Source of the DNA: Neoconidiobolus thromboides FSU 785
Taxonomy: Eukaryota > Fungi > Entomophthoromycota
Assembly: GCA_025603075.1 (NCBI GenBank)
Contig: MU626405.1
Location: 1-49,186 of the forward strand
Direction of reading: 5' to 3'
DNA: 49,186 nucleotides
This document shows, piece after piece, positions 11,470 to 23,983 of this stretch; position 1 is the first letter of the stretch, and every line of letters begins with the position of its first letter. The notes beneath the pieces were generated by a model, which worked only from the letters and a program-made list of their open reading frames with translations, was not told where the DNA came from and did no database searches. The translations under genes were made by a program, and so were the position numbers.

Positions 11470-14103
11470 CTAATTTAAAATTGATTGAATATCCCTAGGT
11501 AGCAAAGCTAGTGCCTTATTGACTTGATGTTGTAGTTTATCAATATAATTAACTAAAGTAACAGGTGAAGAAGTAGAGTATTTATGCTGACCATTAGGCG
11601 GTGTAATACGGCCATTTTTAATTGAGATATTAGACTCTGACTTATTTACTGAATGTTTGGTACTATTATTATTTGCTATTGCATTATCGCCTAACTTGTT
11701 AATTTCCTCCTTTAGTTTCAGTACAAAATCTATGATTTCTACTTCCTGACAAGATAATATCAATTTCTCAATGTTTAAATTACACAATTGTTCCAAATAC
11801 AATTTCCTTTCTTGCCCTTCATAAAATTGAATACGATCATGTAGCCAAGTAGCAAAGTTGCCACATCTTAAAAATTGTTTATAAATTTCTTTATTAAAAC
11901 TTAACTGTGTTTTATTGTTTATAAAGATTTGTTTGTCTTCTTCAATCAATTTTAAAAATTCCTCATTCTTAAATTTATTCATATGACCTTTCTTGCCTTT
12001 GATGATATTGATGTCACTATTATTGTATTGATTATAATTCGGTGTCAACGTGGTCATGTATCGATTCAATGGCGCTAAAAAGCGCTCCGTTAATTCTCCA
12101 AAATATCTTCTCAGTTTATTATTTAAAATAGTAGCTGAACGATCTCCTTTTAGTAGTGAAGTAATTAGTTGGTTAATAATTGTCTTATCTTTGACAATTA
12201 ATGATTTATGGCTAGTATATACCCCTTTTGGTTTATATTTGATATTTCGACTTTTATTGGCTAAAATTGTTTTATTAAAACTCAAGTCAACGCTTCTTTT
12301 GTTATTGTTAATACTATTAAACGTCAGGTTTTTAAATAAATTACTTCCTAGACAAAATAAGTTATAACATATTACTATTGTCTTGTTATTTTATTACCTA
12401 ATATACTATTTGATTTATTTCTATTATGATTGTTGCTACCATGGCTTGATGGTGATGTTGATGATAGAATAGGTGTTGATGTTGAAACTACTTGAATCCA
12501 ATGTGGCCAATGACTCAAAGCTTCCGTAAAATAAGGGTTTGTAACTCCTAAAATGGTATTTGTTGGTACACATTTTTTATTGACAAATGCTTTAAGATCT
12601 GGATCTTGTATTGTAATGTAAGGTCGATAATCTCCACAATATCGAATTGGTTTAATAAAATCTAACAACTCTGTTATTACATGAGAGCAAGTAGCTGGAT
12701 CTGAGGCCATAACTACTATTGGCTCGCCTAACAACATTAACTCCCATAGAAGCCATAAATCTGATAATTGATCCCACCAATGTAATAATAAGCCTGGAGA
12801 AGAGCCATCTGGTACTGAAGCTAATAACTGATAAAAATAAGTAAATAAAGTTTATAATATTATCAAACCATATACTATTATTATATCATACATTGTTGTT
12901 GATATTAGATTATATGATACTTACATGTATTTCATTAGAGTGGTCAACACAATTTAATAATTGGCATGTCTCTAGCAATTGTAAAGTAGGATAAGGATAA
13001 CTTGGCATTTCAATTTGTAAAACAACTCCTGCGAAGGGTACTTCTAAAGTAGTTGAGTATATTGGATTGGGCCATCTTGATAAATCTTGCATTGCTGATT
13101 CTAAAAATACTTGACTTGTTGAATCAATTTCATCCCCCAAATAATCATAATCATGATATAAAGAACCAATAATTGTTATTAAATGCGTAAATAGGCCCAC
13201 GGTACTTGACATTGGTAATGAGGTGAGTAATACAATTGATTTCTAAACGACAATAATTTGTTATCACTATACTGGTATTATTGAAATATTATATTACCTG
13301 ATAATAACCTCGGTGAACCCTGGAATCTTTTCTTTGACGAAAGTAAGCATAAGCAGTATAAAATTCTGCATCATTTTCGATTAAGTTTTTATCTTCATCT
13401 TTATCTTTTTCTGTTAATTATAATTAACTTTTTAACATAATTAATACAAAAATAGCTTACTTATTTTATTATTGCCATTTGTATTATTATTGCTTTTTCT
13501 TACCCTAAATTGATATACCATATCACCAGTATCAAATACTCTTACATCCGGAAATGCAGAAAAGGCACTAAACTTTGTTATTATTGAATACAGTTATTAA
13601 ATAATTTAGTACATTGTTTTTAACTCCTCTTTTGACAATTTATACTCAGGATATATTCTGTCAACAGCTAAAAGCCTATTAAGTAATTTATTAACTGCTA
13701 AGTAAATGAACTTACCTTGGCCATTTTCCAAATCAAACCTCACCTCACAAAAACAGTGGATCCAGTTTTGGCTGATGACATTATTCAAATTCCCAGTTTC
13801 ACCATTCGTTTTTATACTATTCTGAATTGATTTTAATATTTTTTCATTATCTAACTCAAGTTGTTTAATACTTTGAGTTGGTGAATGTGATTTAGACCCA
13901 GGCACTGAGCTGGTAATACTACTGTTTATTTTTATTTTGTCAACCAGTTTATTATTCACTTCCTTTCCTTGTTCATTACTAATATTATAGATTAAACTTT
14001 CACCCTTTAAACCTGAATAATTGGTACCAAACTCTAATACTACGTTTGGTGAGTTCGGTTCCGAGTTACTCTTTTCTAATGGGTAAGCATCTTTGTAATT
14101 CAT
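11470..14103 (-). CDS. DENND6: DENN-domain protein, DENND6/FAM116-like (multi-exon)
   Basis: MLLGEPIVVMASDP...IRYCGDYRPYITIQDPD...ILGVTNPYF..ALSHWPH is the DENND6 core. N-terminal WIHCFCEVRFDLENGQ; C-terminal LRRYFGELTERFLAPLNRY and CGNFATW. Exact exon boundaries not all resolved. Confidence 0.85.
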
Positions 14104-15045
14104 TGCTATCGTTAGCTATTTAATTTATTAGTAAAATAGTCAAACATAGATGAATTTAGTAAAATACTAAAATGAACTAAAAACTTACTAACTTGTTATT
14201 AAATTTAAATAAATAGAAAAGGGAGCTAATGAAAAGATTCAACCTTTAAATTATAACCACCAAAAGAAATACTTTATTTATTTTACTAAAAATACTTTTA
14301 ATTTTGTCTATATTAATTTTAAGTATCACCTGAAGGATTTACAAATTTATCTAAATTTCCCCTCCTTACTTATTAGCCAATAAAAGCTATCTTATTAACC
14401 AATCGGTCCTGACCTTTGATTGTTCTTGATCGTGCATGATAGCTAGTTTTACTTTATTTAGACTTAATTAATTAGCTCACTTTTATAAGCTAATTTATCT
14501 GACATATTATATACATTTATCATTTTATATAGCTTTTTTTATTATCACCAATATTTAATATAATAATACTAATTCATCTATTTTATTACACTATAGTTAA
14601 ATTCAAAATAGGAATCTGTTATTAATTATTACATGATTCATTGCATAATTTTAATAAGTTAAATTTTATTTAAGCATAGTTTTAGCTTGTGTTTTGAATG
14701 CTAATATACAATTTGCTATGGTAAATAAAATAAGTTTAAATAATAAAAGAACTTATATAAGTTAGGTAATGTTGTTATTATCAGTATCTATTGTTCATAT
14801 ATTATCTGTCAATTCAATACTATTTTAATATTAATTGTTATTTATTCCTATTAAATTCATGCTTAACATCTTGAATAGCCCACTATTTTTAAGCATTAAA
14901 AAAAACAAGGGATTAACATCAACAAATAGCTCAATCGCATCCCAATCTTTTTTATTTTATTGGTTTAACATATTCCAATTGAAGGGATAATAATAAACAC
15001 ACAGCAATATTCAACTTAACCTTTATTTATTTTCTAATTCAATTG

Positions 15046-16053
15046 ATGAGCTATTCCAGAGATGAAGTTATTGCCAAAGAAAATGAACGCATTTTAAACA
15101 TAATCAAAAGAACGGAACCTTTTAAAGCAAGTTTCGAATCAAGGTATCAATTGGAAGATGTAAGCTTAGGGGCGGGGGCGTATGCACAAGTGTTTAAAGC
15201 TTCAATCTTGAATCAAAAGAAAAATAAGGGTCAAAATGAGAAAGAGAACAGTGTAGCCGTGAAGATTGGCTTAGGGGATGGAAATAGTAAGTTAAGTCCA
15301 AGTATGATTAGGGAGATTGCTTTAAATGTGGAGTTAGGAAAAAATCCGTATACTATTGAGTTAATCGATGTATTAGAAAGTAAAGAAAAATTAAATTTAG
15401 TATTTGAATATATGTCTGAGGGGGATTTGAGCAAATATATTGAGCATAATAAGAAAAACATAAACTCTCAACAGATTCAATCAATTTTAAAAGCCATCTT
15501 ACAAAACTTGGAGTTCAATCATAAAAATAATATTTTACACCGTGATATCAAGCCACAAAATATTCTGTTTGATCAAAATTTCAATATCAAACTTGGAGAC
15601 TATGGGTTAGCAAAAAAGGTTTTTAAAGGGTTAAATATGCCCTTATCAACTGGAGTAGTTTCCTTATGGTATCGCGCGCCTGAGTTATTACTCGGCAGCA
15701 CCAACTACGACTCAAAGATCGATTTGTGGTCTGTGGGCTGTATTTTAGGTGAGCTGATCTTAGGATACCCTATGTTCCATCAGAGCAAACAAAGTAATGA
15801 GTTGATTCAGTTGGATGTCATCTATCAGGTCATGGGCACCCCTACATTTAAGTCTTGGCCCAATGTGATTCAATACCCACGTTATCTTGAGATGAAACAA
15901 TATCCATTCCATCATGGTATTAATTTGAGTAGTTTTATTCATAGCGATCCAGATATGCTTGATTTGTTAGAATCCCTTTTACATCTTGATCCTAATGGTC
16001 GTTTGACCGCTGAAGAGGCGTTGGAACATACATTTTTCAAGAGAAAGTATTAG
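15046..16053 (+). CDS. Cyclin-dependent kinase-like Ser/Thr kinase (CMGC), intronless
   Basis: GAGAYAQV loop, VAVK, PSMIRE helix, HRDIKPQN, DYG, VVSLWYRAPELLLG, DLWSVGCI. First ATG at 15046 (the track starts at an upstream TTG). Confidence 0.9.
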   Translation: MSYSRDEVIAKENERILNIIKRTEPFKASFESRYQLEDVSLGAGAYAQVFKASILNQKKNKGQNEKENSVAVKIGLGDGNSKLSPSMIREIALNVELGKNPYTIELIDVLESKEKLNLVFEYMSEGDLSKYIEHNKKNINSQQIQSILKAILQNLEFNHKNNILHRDIKPQNILFDQNFNIKLGDYGLAKKVFKGLNMPLSTGVVSLWYRAPELLLGSTNYDSKIDLWSVGCILGELILGYPMFHQSKQSNELIQLDVIYQVMGTPTFKSWPNVIQYPRYLEMKQYPFHHGINLSSFIHSDPDMLDLLESLLHLDPNGRLTAEEALEHTFFKRKY

Positions 16054-16144
16054 GGTTTTAGTGAGTGGGAGTAAGTTAGTATGTTATAATAAAAAAGACG
16101 TTGAAAAGAAATAGCAAAGCTAATTAATTTGTTTTTAATTTTTT

Positions 16145-16152
16145 AAAAAAAA
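16145..16152 (-). terminator. Pol III T-run terminator of the tRNA
   Basis: A8 on + (T8 on -) directly after the tRNA 3' end. Confidence 0.7.
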
Positions 16153-16246
16153 TGCTCCTGGCGGGGATCGAACCCGCGACCTTCGCGTGTCTTCTGTATA
16201 ATTGTTATTATAAGCACGACGCATTAAACCACTTTGCTACAGGAGC
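16153..16246 (-). tRNA. tRNA-Ile(UAU) with a ~20-nt intron
   Basis: Minus strand: GCTCCTG/CAGGAGC-A acceptor stem, AGTGG D-loop, TCGTG-CT-TAT-A-[intron 16189-16208]-A-CGCGA anticodon arm, GCGGG-TTCGATC-CCCGC T arm. Confidence 0.93.
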
Positions 16247-16428
16247 CTTTCCAGTTATGATTTTAAAAGCTAAAAAATATTTAAATAGTTAAAATTTAGC
16301 GCCAAGGTTCGAGTTCCTCTTATTTTTTTGGAACTTGATATATGACGTGACTTTTGGACAAATTAAAAGGAAGAGTATTAAATAAACTTAATTGAAAGTC
16401 AAAATTATCTTCAAACTTATTAATTTTA

Positions 16429-18590
16429 ATGGTATACACAAAAAGTAACTATCACTTCATCATCTCCTTATATTGCTAACATTTTTGTAGAAGGTTTATT
16501 TGCATGTTCACCCAGCACCCAACGTGGTGAACCAACAGTCTTAGATGTCAACCCAAAAGGTGATAAATTTTTATATACTAACGGGCGCTCAGTATACATT
16601 CGAGATCTCGAGAATCCGTCTATTTGCGATGAATACTATGAACATTTAACCACTACTACCGTAGCACGCTTCTCTAATAATGGCAATTATGTAGCTTCTG
16701 GGGATATCAGTGGTATGGTACGTATCTGGGATGTCACTCAACCAGAAAAGATTTTAAAGTTAGAAACACGTCCGTTGAGCTCTAGGATCAATGATATTTC
16801 CTGGGATTCAGAGTCGCAGCGTATCTTAGCCGTGGGTGATGGTAACCAAAGATTCGGACATGTTTTTACATATGATAGTGGCAATTCTACTGGTGAAATT
16901 ATTGGGCATTCGAAAGTGATCACTTCATGTTCAATGAGACCATCAGGTAGACCATTTAGGGCAGTGACAGCTTCCCATGATTTTACTGTAAAATTTTACC
17001 ACGGTGCTCCATACCGCTTTGTAAGCTCCATCGCAGATCATACCAATTCGGTAAATGCAGTTAAGTATTCGCCTGATGGAGAACACTTTGTATCTGTTGG
17101 GGCAGATAGGAAGGTAATTTATAACCTGTTTAAAGCATAGATAGATTAATTAAGTTTTAGGTTTTCATGTATGAGGGATTAGATGCTGAAAAGAAGGCAG
17201 AGTTTAGTCAAGGCGAAGGTGCACATACTGGATCAATTTATGGCCTTTCTTGGGCTGATGACTCTAAATCCTTTGCTACTTCGGCTGCTGACTGCACTGT
17301 TAAATTATGGGATTCCGAAACTCAACAGAACATACAGTATACTTTATTTTTACTTTTAGTATTTATTAAATTTACCTTTCATTCAGAACCATTTCAATGA
17401 CTTTAGAAGAAAATGCAGTATTGAACCAACAAGTAGGAAATTTGTGGAAGGGAAACTATTTAGTCTCGTTATCATTAAGTGGAACATTAAATTACATTGA
17501 TCCAAGAGAAGGAAAAGTAACCAAGAGAGTACATGGACATAATAAAGGGATCAACAGGATTGAAGTGCTTAAAAATCAAAATAAGGAAACAACGTTTTTT
17601 AGTGGAGATTTTGATGGCAAAATATTTAACTGGGATCTCAAAACTGGAGAAGCTAAAGAAGTCAAGGGGAACAGCCATTCCAATAAAGTGAATGGATTAG
17701 TTATAAATGATGATAAAGTATTCTCAGTTGGTATGGATGATACATTACGTAGCATTAGCTCTGATGAATTGTGTTATAAGTAAGTTGGAGTTAGTTGAAT
17801 CTTTTAACAATTACTTATTATTCTAGTGATGGAGTTATTAAAACTGAAGCTGAACCTATTGATATTATCTCATTAGGGGATTCGGATTATGCTATTCCTA
17901 CTAAAGATGATCATCTGAAATTAGTGACTTCTAACCAGATCCATTCTAGCATTAAGCTGCCATTTACACCCAGTTCCATCGCCTATTGCGCAATTAACTC
18001 ATTTATTGCTATAGGATCAGAGGTAATATAGTTCAATATAATTTATTGATGAAGATGTATTAATTAATTAATTAAGGGTAAAGGAATAAATATATACAAA
18101 TATAACAAAGAGGGTAAGAGTTTAGAATCAATTGGAAGCCCAATTGAAGATAAGCTAAACGTTTCAGTCATGAAATTCGATAAAAGTGGCAAATACTTTG
18201 CTATTGGACAAACTAATGGTAAAATAACCCTTTATGACCCTACAGCCTTACCATTTAAAGTAAGCTTTATTATTATTTATAGTACAATTTGCTTATTGTT
18301 TCTAGTTAATTACCTCCAGATGGTCTCATCATACAGCTAGGATTTATCAGCTTAGATTTAGTCCAGATTCCAAATTTGTTGCTTCATGCAGCTTGGATTC
18401 GAATATTAACATCTATTCTACGGAAGTTATTATTAAAAGGGCAAGCATTATTAATGCACATTCATCTCCGGTTACTGATGTACAGTTTATTGATTATCCA
18501 GAAAATGTGGAGAGCAAACAAAAGGTCAATATTGCCTCCGTTGGGACTGATGGTAATTTAAAACTTTGGGAAATTGAGTTACCTGCTTAA
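16429..18590 (+). CDS. AIP1: Actin-interacting protein 1 (WDR1), WD40 repeats, multi-exon
   Basis: Exon 1 16429-16444 spliced to 16491 gives MVYTKKGLFACSPSTQRG...KFLYTNGRSVYIRDL...VASGDISGMVRIWD. Then ISWDSESQRILAVGDG..FGHVFTYDSGNSTGEIIGHSK and RPFRAVTASHD; further WD repeats to the stop at 18590. Confidence 0.92.
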
Positions 18591-18864
18591 TTAAAAAATA
18601 TTTTGAAGTTTATTTTGTTGATATATTTTCATAGTCTTATGCTTAAAACTAATAATTTAAGTCAAAATTAACTTGTTAATTTATATATATATATATATTA
18701 TTTCTAGTTAACATTGCTTGTTTTTATAGTTTTATATATTTTGAAAAGCAATGAGCAATTATCAGTTTTAATAGGATTTTTCTATAATAAACATGCGCGT
18801 TTTTAGCTTTATGTGAGATATCTATTATACACAATTTTTAACAAATATAGCACTAGTATTATAT

Positions 18865-18964
18865 ATATGAGACAGATTTTTTTATTTAAGAACTTTACTA
18901 ATAATTTTTCTACTCAAATAATGTTTAAAAAATAAAGTAATGAAACTAAAAAAACATTCCATAT
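18865..18964 (-). mobile_element. MITE copy 9 (diverged)
   Basis: ATAT-GAGACAG...AAGAACTTTACTA...ACTCAAATA...CATTCC-ATAT. Confidence 0.8.
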
Positions 18965-19608
18965 ATTTACAAGATGAACTTTGATTGTTATATTTTATTC
19001 TCAAATTTTAAATATTTATATGTTTATGTTTGCTAAACACTACTTTTATTATTTTTTTGAAATAACCTAAAGTTTTTATTTTAATTATTAGTGATAAATT
19101 TAATCATTCTAAAAAGTACAAAATCTTGAAATCTCAAAGGTCAAAATCTAAAATTGTTAATTTTTAAACTCATTCCTGATACTATACAATCTAGATTTAA
19201 TTTTAAAGGCTTGTTCTTTCGTATCATTTCAATATTAAATAATAAAAATGCTAAAGTTAAATGAGATAAATAAACTAATCAAAACATTACATTACTATAA
19301 TACTCTAAGCTCACTATTCTAGTCCAATATCTCTATCTAAAATCGTGAAATTATCTCAAAATAATTGCGTCTAGTTTAAGCATACATGTCAAATGTCAAA
19401 AAGTTTGACACAAAAAGAATGGATTAGTAATAAAATTTATTGGGTAAACGTTAACAGCATTTAAATTCTATTTATTGTAAATCGGAGGCTTATATACCCG
19501 GCGTATTCCGATAATTGCCGGAAATTCAAATGATCAAAATGGACTGAAAATATATAAACAAATTGAAAGTAAAAAGAAAAGAGAAAAAAGAAAAAATATT
19601 GCAATAAA

Positions 19609-20437
19609 ATGAGTCAAACTAAACAAACTCTTAATCATATCTGGTATTTTGGTAATTAATAGCACAATAAATATAATAATCTTTTATTTATGATTTTTTT
19701 TAGCTTATGGATCCAATATGTATTCCAAAATATTAACAGATAGAAGAAAAGTGAAGCCAGTAAGGTCTTTACCGGCTGTTGCAAAAGGGTATAAATTGAC
19801 CTTTGATTTATTTGGATTTCCTTATTTTGAGCCCTCCTTTGGAAATATAATAAAAATTAATGATATCAACAATAGCAAATCAACTAATGAGAGTTCAGCC
19901 TTAATTGACAACAAGTCTACTTTTACAGATAACATTGATGTTGAAGGCGTTTTACATTTAATAACTGAAGAGGATTATTCTACCATTCGTCGTACTGAAG
20001 GAGGTAATGGTAATAAAGGATATGGCTATCAGGATATAAAGATAGAATGTACAAGTTATGAAGGCGAAACAATTGAGGCAAGTACCTTATTATGTATATC
20101 ACCTAACGCATGGCGTGGAGAGGCAAGACCATCCCACCGTTATTTAAATTTATTAATTGAAGGGGCCAAAGAGAACAACATAAGTCCAAATTACCAAACC
20201 TATTTAAACAACTTACCTTATTTTCAATTAGAAACTAATACTCAAATGATTGGTAAATATTTGATGCTAGTTATAATGTTCCCTTTTATTTTACCAATGC
20301 TCCTTATATTTACTTTATCTACTTTGACCAAATTTCAACCACCAGTTTTTGTGTCGGTTTATATGGATGGTTTAAATAAGGTGATGTGGGTGTTACACGA
20401 TAGGTTTTTAAAGCCGTGCTTTGGTACAGGAGAATAA
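19609..20437 (+). CDS. Gamma-glutamylcyclotransferase-like protein (GGCT/GliK-like) with C-terminal hydrophobic helix
   Basis: Exon 1 19609-19651 plus exon 2 from 19704 rebuilds WYFAYGSNM; also VEGVLHLIT..DYSTIRRTEGG and PSHRYLNLLIEGAKE. Confidence 0.85.
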
Positions 20438-21612
20438 GCAGTTTTATTCATAGTAAATTTAATAAACTAATTTATATTAACTTGTAGTTTTAACAAGAAA
20501 GTTATGGAAACAGATTGATTTTATCTTCAAATTTAAATTAAGATCATCATTATAACAGATTTCATATAAAATTAATATTTCAAAAAGTAAATAAATTGAA
20601 GTATGTGGCTATCATTTTCTAAGCTAAAAATTCAAAATATTAGCTAAAAATGGGTTGACTTAAATCTATGATTCAGTTTTTTGCAGTTATGAATTAAGTC
20701 AATGTTAAGGAAATGATCACTTTCTTGATTTTAGAATCAATAATGCAAATCTTTGTAACTTTAAATCTAAAGCAAGCAAAAAACAGCATCCATTTTGGCA
20801 TCGTCAAATAACAATGTCCAATGTATTAAATACAATTTATTAAATTAATAAATTGGTTTTGAAGTGAAATGGGGATTTTATTTATAAGGGAGTTAATTCA
20901 TTGAATTGAGTCATCGTGAAAATCTTGAAAGTGCGACTAAAAGCCAATATTGAAAACTAAGAGACCAAGTTGATATGTTAATTAAATTAATATAAATAAT
21001 ACATTAAAATAAAAATAGTTATATAACTTTTATTAAGTTTAAAAATAGAAATAAATTTTAAAGTAAAACCTAATTTTAATTTTTTTTCAATGTTTTTGTT
21101 ATTGTTTAACCCAATTAAATCAAATTTTGGGATATTTTATTGCAAATTTAACAGTGTTACTATTTATAAATCTAGATTTATGTATATTATAGCCACTAGT
21201 ATAATGTATTATGTAACCAGCAATGACTATAGCAAATTTATAAATAAATTGGTACTAATTCCAATGACATGCCATCTTCCAGGCGTTTAATTGGCCATGG
21301 CGTTAAATCTTGGGGTGTCTCAGTATAAAATATAGCTGAATAATTTCCAAATATAGTAATTCGATAAAGTACTGATATCATGGTTCCCACTTCTTAAAAA
21401 AATAATATGAAACTAATTGGTATGCCAAGTCGATTTAAGCATTATGATTGGACTAAGCTTGCTTATCTACCCAATTTCAAAAGAATTAAATTCTCTAAAT
21501 AATTAGAAATGTTTGGTATATCTCCGTCCTATAAATTAGATTAACTCCGTATATAAAGATAAAAATTGAAATAGTTCTTTGTTTATTCTTTCATAGTTTT
21601 TATTTTTTTAAA

Positions 21613-23679
21613 ATGTTAAAAAAAGTATTGTTTTTATTAATATTTACTTTCAATCTACTACTAGCAGATAATATAAACCTTACCAGTTCTTTAGTTCAAA
21701 AATGTGATAAAAGTAATAGTGATAATTCAAAATTAGATATTAAAGATTTCTCAATCGCCGTTGATAGTCAGACGAATACTCTGAATATCAACCTAAATAT
21801 GGATTTAAAACAAGCTTTGAGTGATGCTAAAGCAGTAATGTCTGTAAATTTATTTGGTGAGCAATTATTCACTACACCAACAATTGATCTCTGTAGTAAT
21901 GCTTTTGGTACATCAATATGTCCTATTCAACCTGGAACTGTGGCTGTACCATATAAATTAGACTTACCATCTGCGGTATCTAGCTTAGCAAACACTTTAA
22001 CAAAAATACCTGGAGCCAACTTATCAGCTAGTTTAAAAATTGTTGATTCTAATAATGTGGATATAGGTTGTGTTGCAGTCAATTTAGCCAATCCAGTTTC
22101 AGGTCAACAGCCTGCTATTTTAGGTACCATAGCTGGTATAGCAGGTTTCAGTTCCATAGTTTCAGTTGTTTCAGCTATTGGATCCGCTTCAATGCTTGCT
22201 GTTCTACCATTAGGAATGAGTTATCAAGTTAAACCCGGTCCTACACCTTCTTTTTTTGATGTCATATCAACTTTTCAATTCATGGGAACAACGGGTATGC
22301 TTAGCCTTAATTACCCCGATTTATATAAAGAATATACAACTAATTTAGGATGGACTATGGGAATGGTTAACATTCCAGCAGTACAAAGTGCAATCAATAA
22401 TTTTCGTCCAAAGGCATCTTTAAGACGTCGTGATATTGGTAATTTTTTACCAGATACAAATGCCAAAACATACTCTGAGTTAGCAGGAGTACAAAGTTAT
22501 GCTAACAAATTACGCGTTCAACCTGAGAACTATTTTTTAACTGTATTGATCATCTTCGCTTGTCTTATGGGAGCAATCACAGTATTAATTTTACTTTTAA
22601 GATTAGTATTAGAATTACTGGCTTTATACAAACCTAAAATGTTTAGGGATTTAAGAAATTATTATGCCAATTATTATATTGGTAATTTATTAAGAGTATT
22701 TTTATTAACTTATTTCTTTTTGGCAACAGCTGCTTTATTCCAACTTACTTTAAAAGATTACCTTCCAATTACGATTATTGCTGGTGTCGTTTTAGGATTG
22801 TTTTGTGTTTTATTGATGATCATTGTTACAGCTTTAATTATTAAAACTGGACCTATTAGATTATATACAGAACCTAAATTAAGTTATACTTATGGACCCT
22901 TCTATAGTGATTATCGTCAACCTTCTTATTTGTTTTTTATATTAGTTATTGTAACTTCCTTTTTAAGGGCGTGTGCAGTAGGACTTTTAGGTAATTATGT
23001 TTGGGCACAATTAGGTATATTAGTTGGTGTTGAGGTTTTATTTTTTATTGCGATCTTTGCTCTAAAGCCATACGCAGCTAAATTGGGAAACACCTTGATG
23101 ATTTTTATTGGTGTGATAAAAATCGCTAATTTAGGTTTATTATTCTTTTATGTTCAATCATTTACATTACCGGAATTAGCACGTACCATCATAGCTATTG
23201 CAATGATTGTACTTCAAGGTGTAATTATGCTAGCAATCACCCTATTAACATTATGGGGTTTAGTCTCAACCATCCGAAAATTGGTTAAAGGAGAAAAAAT
23301 TGTTGATGAACCACTTGAAAATGAATTTCAAAATACTAGTGGTTATCCACCAAGAAATGAGTTTAAGAATGTATCAGATGAAAATGTTCCTTATGCTAAA
23401 GATTTAGAAGCTGGGAATCCTCTTCAACACGGAGAAAAAAGATATGAAGGAGAGCCATTGATGATGGATTATTATCGCTCCAAATCACCCCATGGTCATG
23501 GTCATGGTCATAGTAATAGTTTGACTAATAATAGGACTATCGAAGATGAATTGGATACTAGTAAATCTCCAATTTTATCAAATTACCCAGAACATGAAGG
23601 TAACTTTGAAGAGGTAGAATTACCCCATTCTTCTTCTAAAAAGAAAGGATTAAGACAAGAGGATATTATCTTGCCATAA
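21613..23679 (+). CDS. FLC/Pkd2-type TRP-like membrane protein (ML-like TRP_N plus TRP domain), intronless
   Basis: Signal peptide; Cys-containing lipid-binding-like N-domain (IDLCS...ICPIQPG; IGCV); FFDVISTFQFMGTTGMLSLNYP..Y..Y..NLGW; YGPFYSDYR; many TM helices. Confidence 0.85.
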   Translation: MLKKVLFLLIFTFNLLLADNINLTSSLVQKCDKSNSDNSKLDIKDFSIAVDSQTNTLNINLNMDLKQALSDAKAVMSVNLFGEQLFTTPTIDLCSNAFGTSICPIQPGTVAVPYKLDLPSAVSSLANTLTKIPGANLSASLKIVDSNNVDIGCVAVNLANPVSGQQPAILGTIAGIAGFSSIVSVVSAIGSASMLAVLPLGMSYQVKPGPTPSFFDVISTFQFMGTTGMLSLNYPDLYKEYTTNLGWTMGMVNIPAVQSAINNFRPKASLRRRDIGNFLPDTNAKTYSELAGVQSYANKLRVQPENYFLTVLIIFACLMGAITVLILLLRLVLELLALYKPKMFRDLRNYYANYYIGNLLRVFLLTYFFLATAALFQLTLKDYLPITIIAGVVLGLFCVLLMIIVTALIIKTGPIRLYTEPKLSYTYGPFYSDYRQPSYLFFILVIVTSFLRACAVGLLGNYVWAQLGILVGVEVLFFIAIFALKPYAAKLGNTLMIFIGVIKIANLGLLFFYVQSFTLPELARTIIAIAMIVLQGVIMLAITLLTLWGLVSTIRKLVKGEKIVDEPLENEFQNTSGYPPRNEFKNVSDENVPYAKDLEAGNPLQHGEKRYEGEPLMMDYYRSKSPHGHGHGHSNSLTNNRTIEDELDTSKSPILSNYPEHEGNFEEVELPHSSSKKKGLRQEDIILP

Positions 23680-23880
23680 AAATTTAATAGGTTTCATCGT
23701 TTTAATTATAATAAAATTATTTGTATATGGTACTTTTTTTTACTTATTTTTTTATTTTAAATAGAACACTACTATTACTAAATTAATTTGTTTATATCAT
23801 GAACATTTTGAAAATTTAGTCCTACTTTTTTAGGTTTAAGTATTTACTCAGGTAGTTCAATTAATATAGAATAAAAAAAT

Positions 23881-23983
23881 ATACGGGTGTGTTTTTTTGA
23901 CTTCACTTTTTCCATTTTTTAAGCACTATTTGGGCGGGAAATTTAGCAGTAAAATTTTTAAACACAAAAATATATCTCTATAT
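23881..23983 (+). mobile_element. MITE copy 10
   Basis: ATAC-GGGTGTG...TATCTCT-ATAT; consensus body. Confidence 0.85.

Noticed and set aside
16300-16320. B-box-like GGTTCGAGTTCC near the tRNA
   Set aside because: No A-box or cloverleaf around it and the spacing does not fit the consensus.
12050-17678. Short ORFs opposite DENND6, the CDK and AIP1 (also 3296-3541 and 31787-31990)
   Set aside because: Antisense shadows of well-supported genes.
21090-21290. Other short AT-rich ORFs (6818, 21090, 41149, 43304)
   Set aside because: Low-complexity I/F/K/N/L translations with no motifs or splice context.
23488-23512. (CATGGT)n His-Gly repeat in the FLC tail, plus (TA)n at ~18682 and an ATTAAA repeat at ~28664
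   Set aside because: Short simple repeats expected at this base composition.
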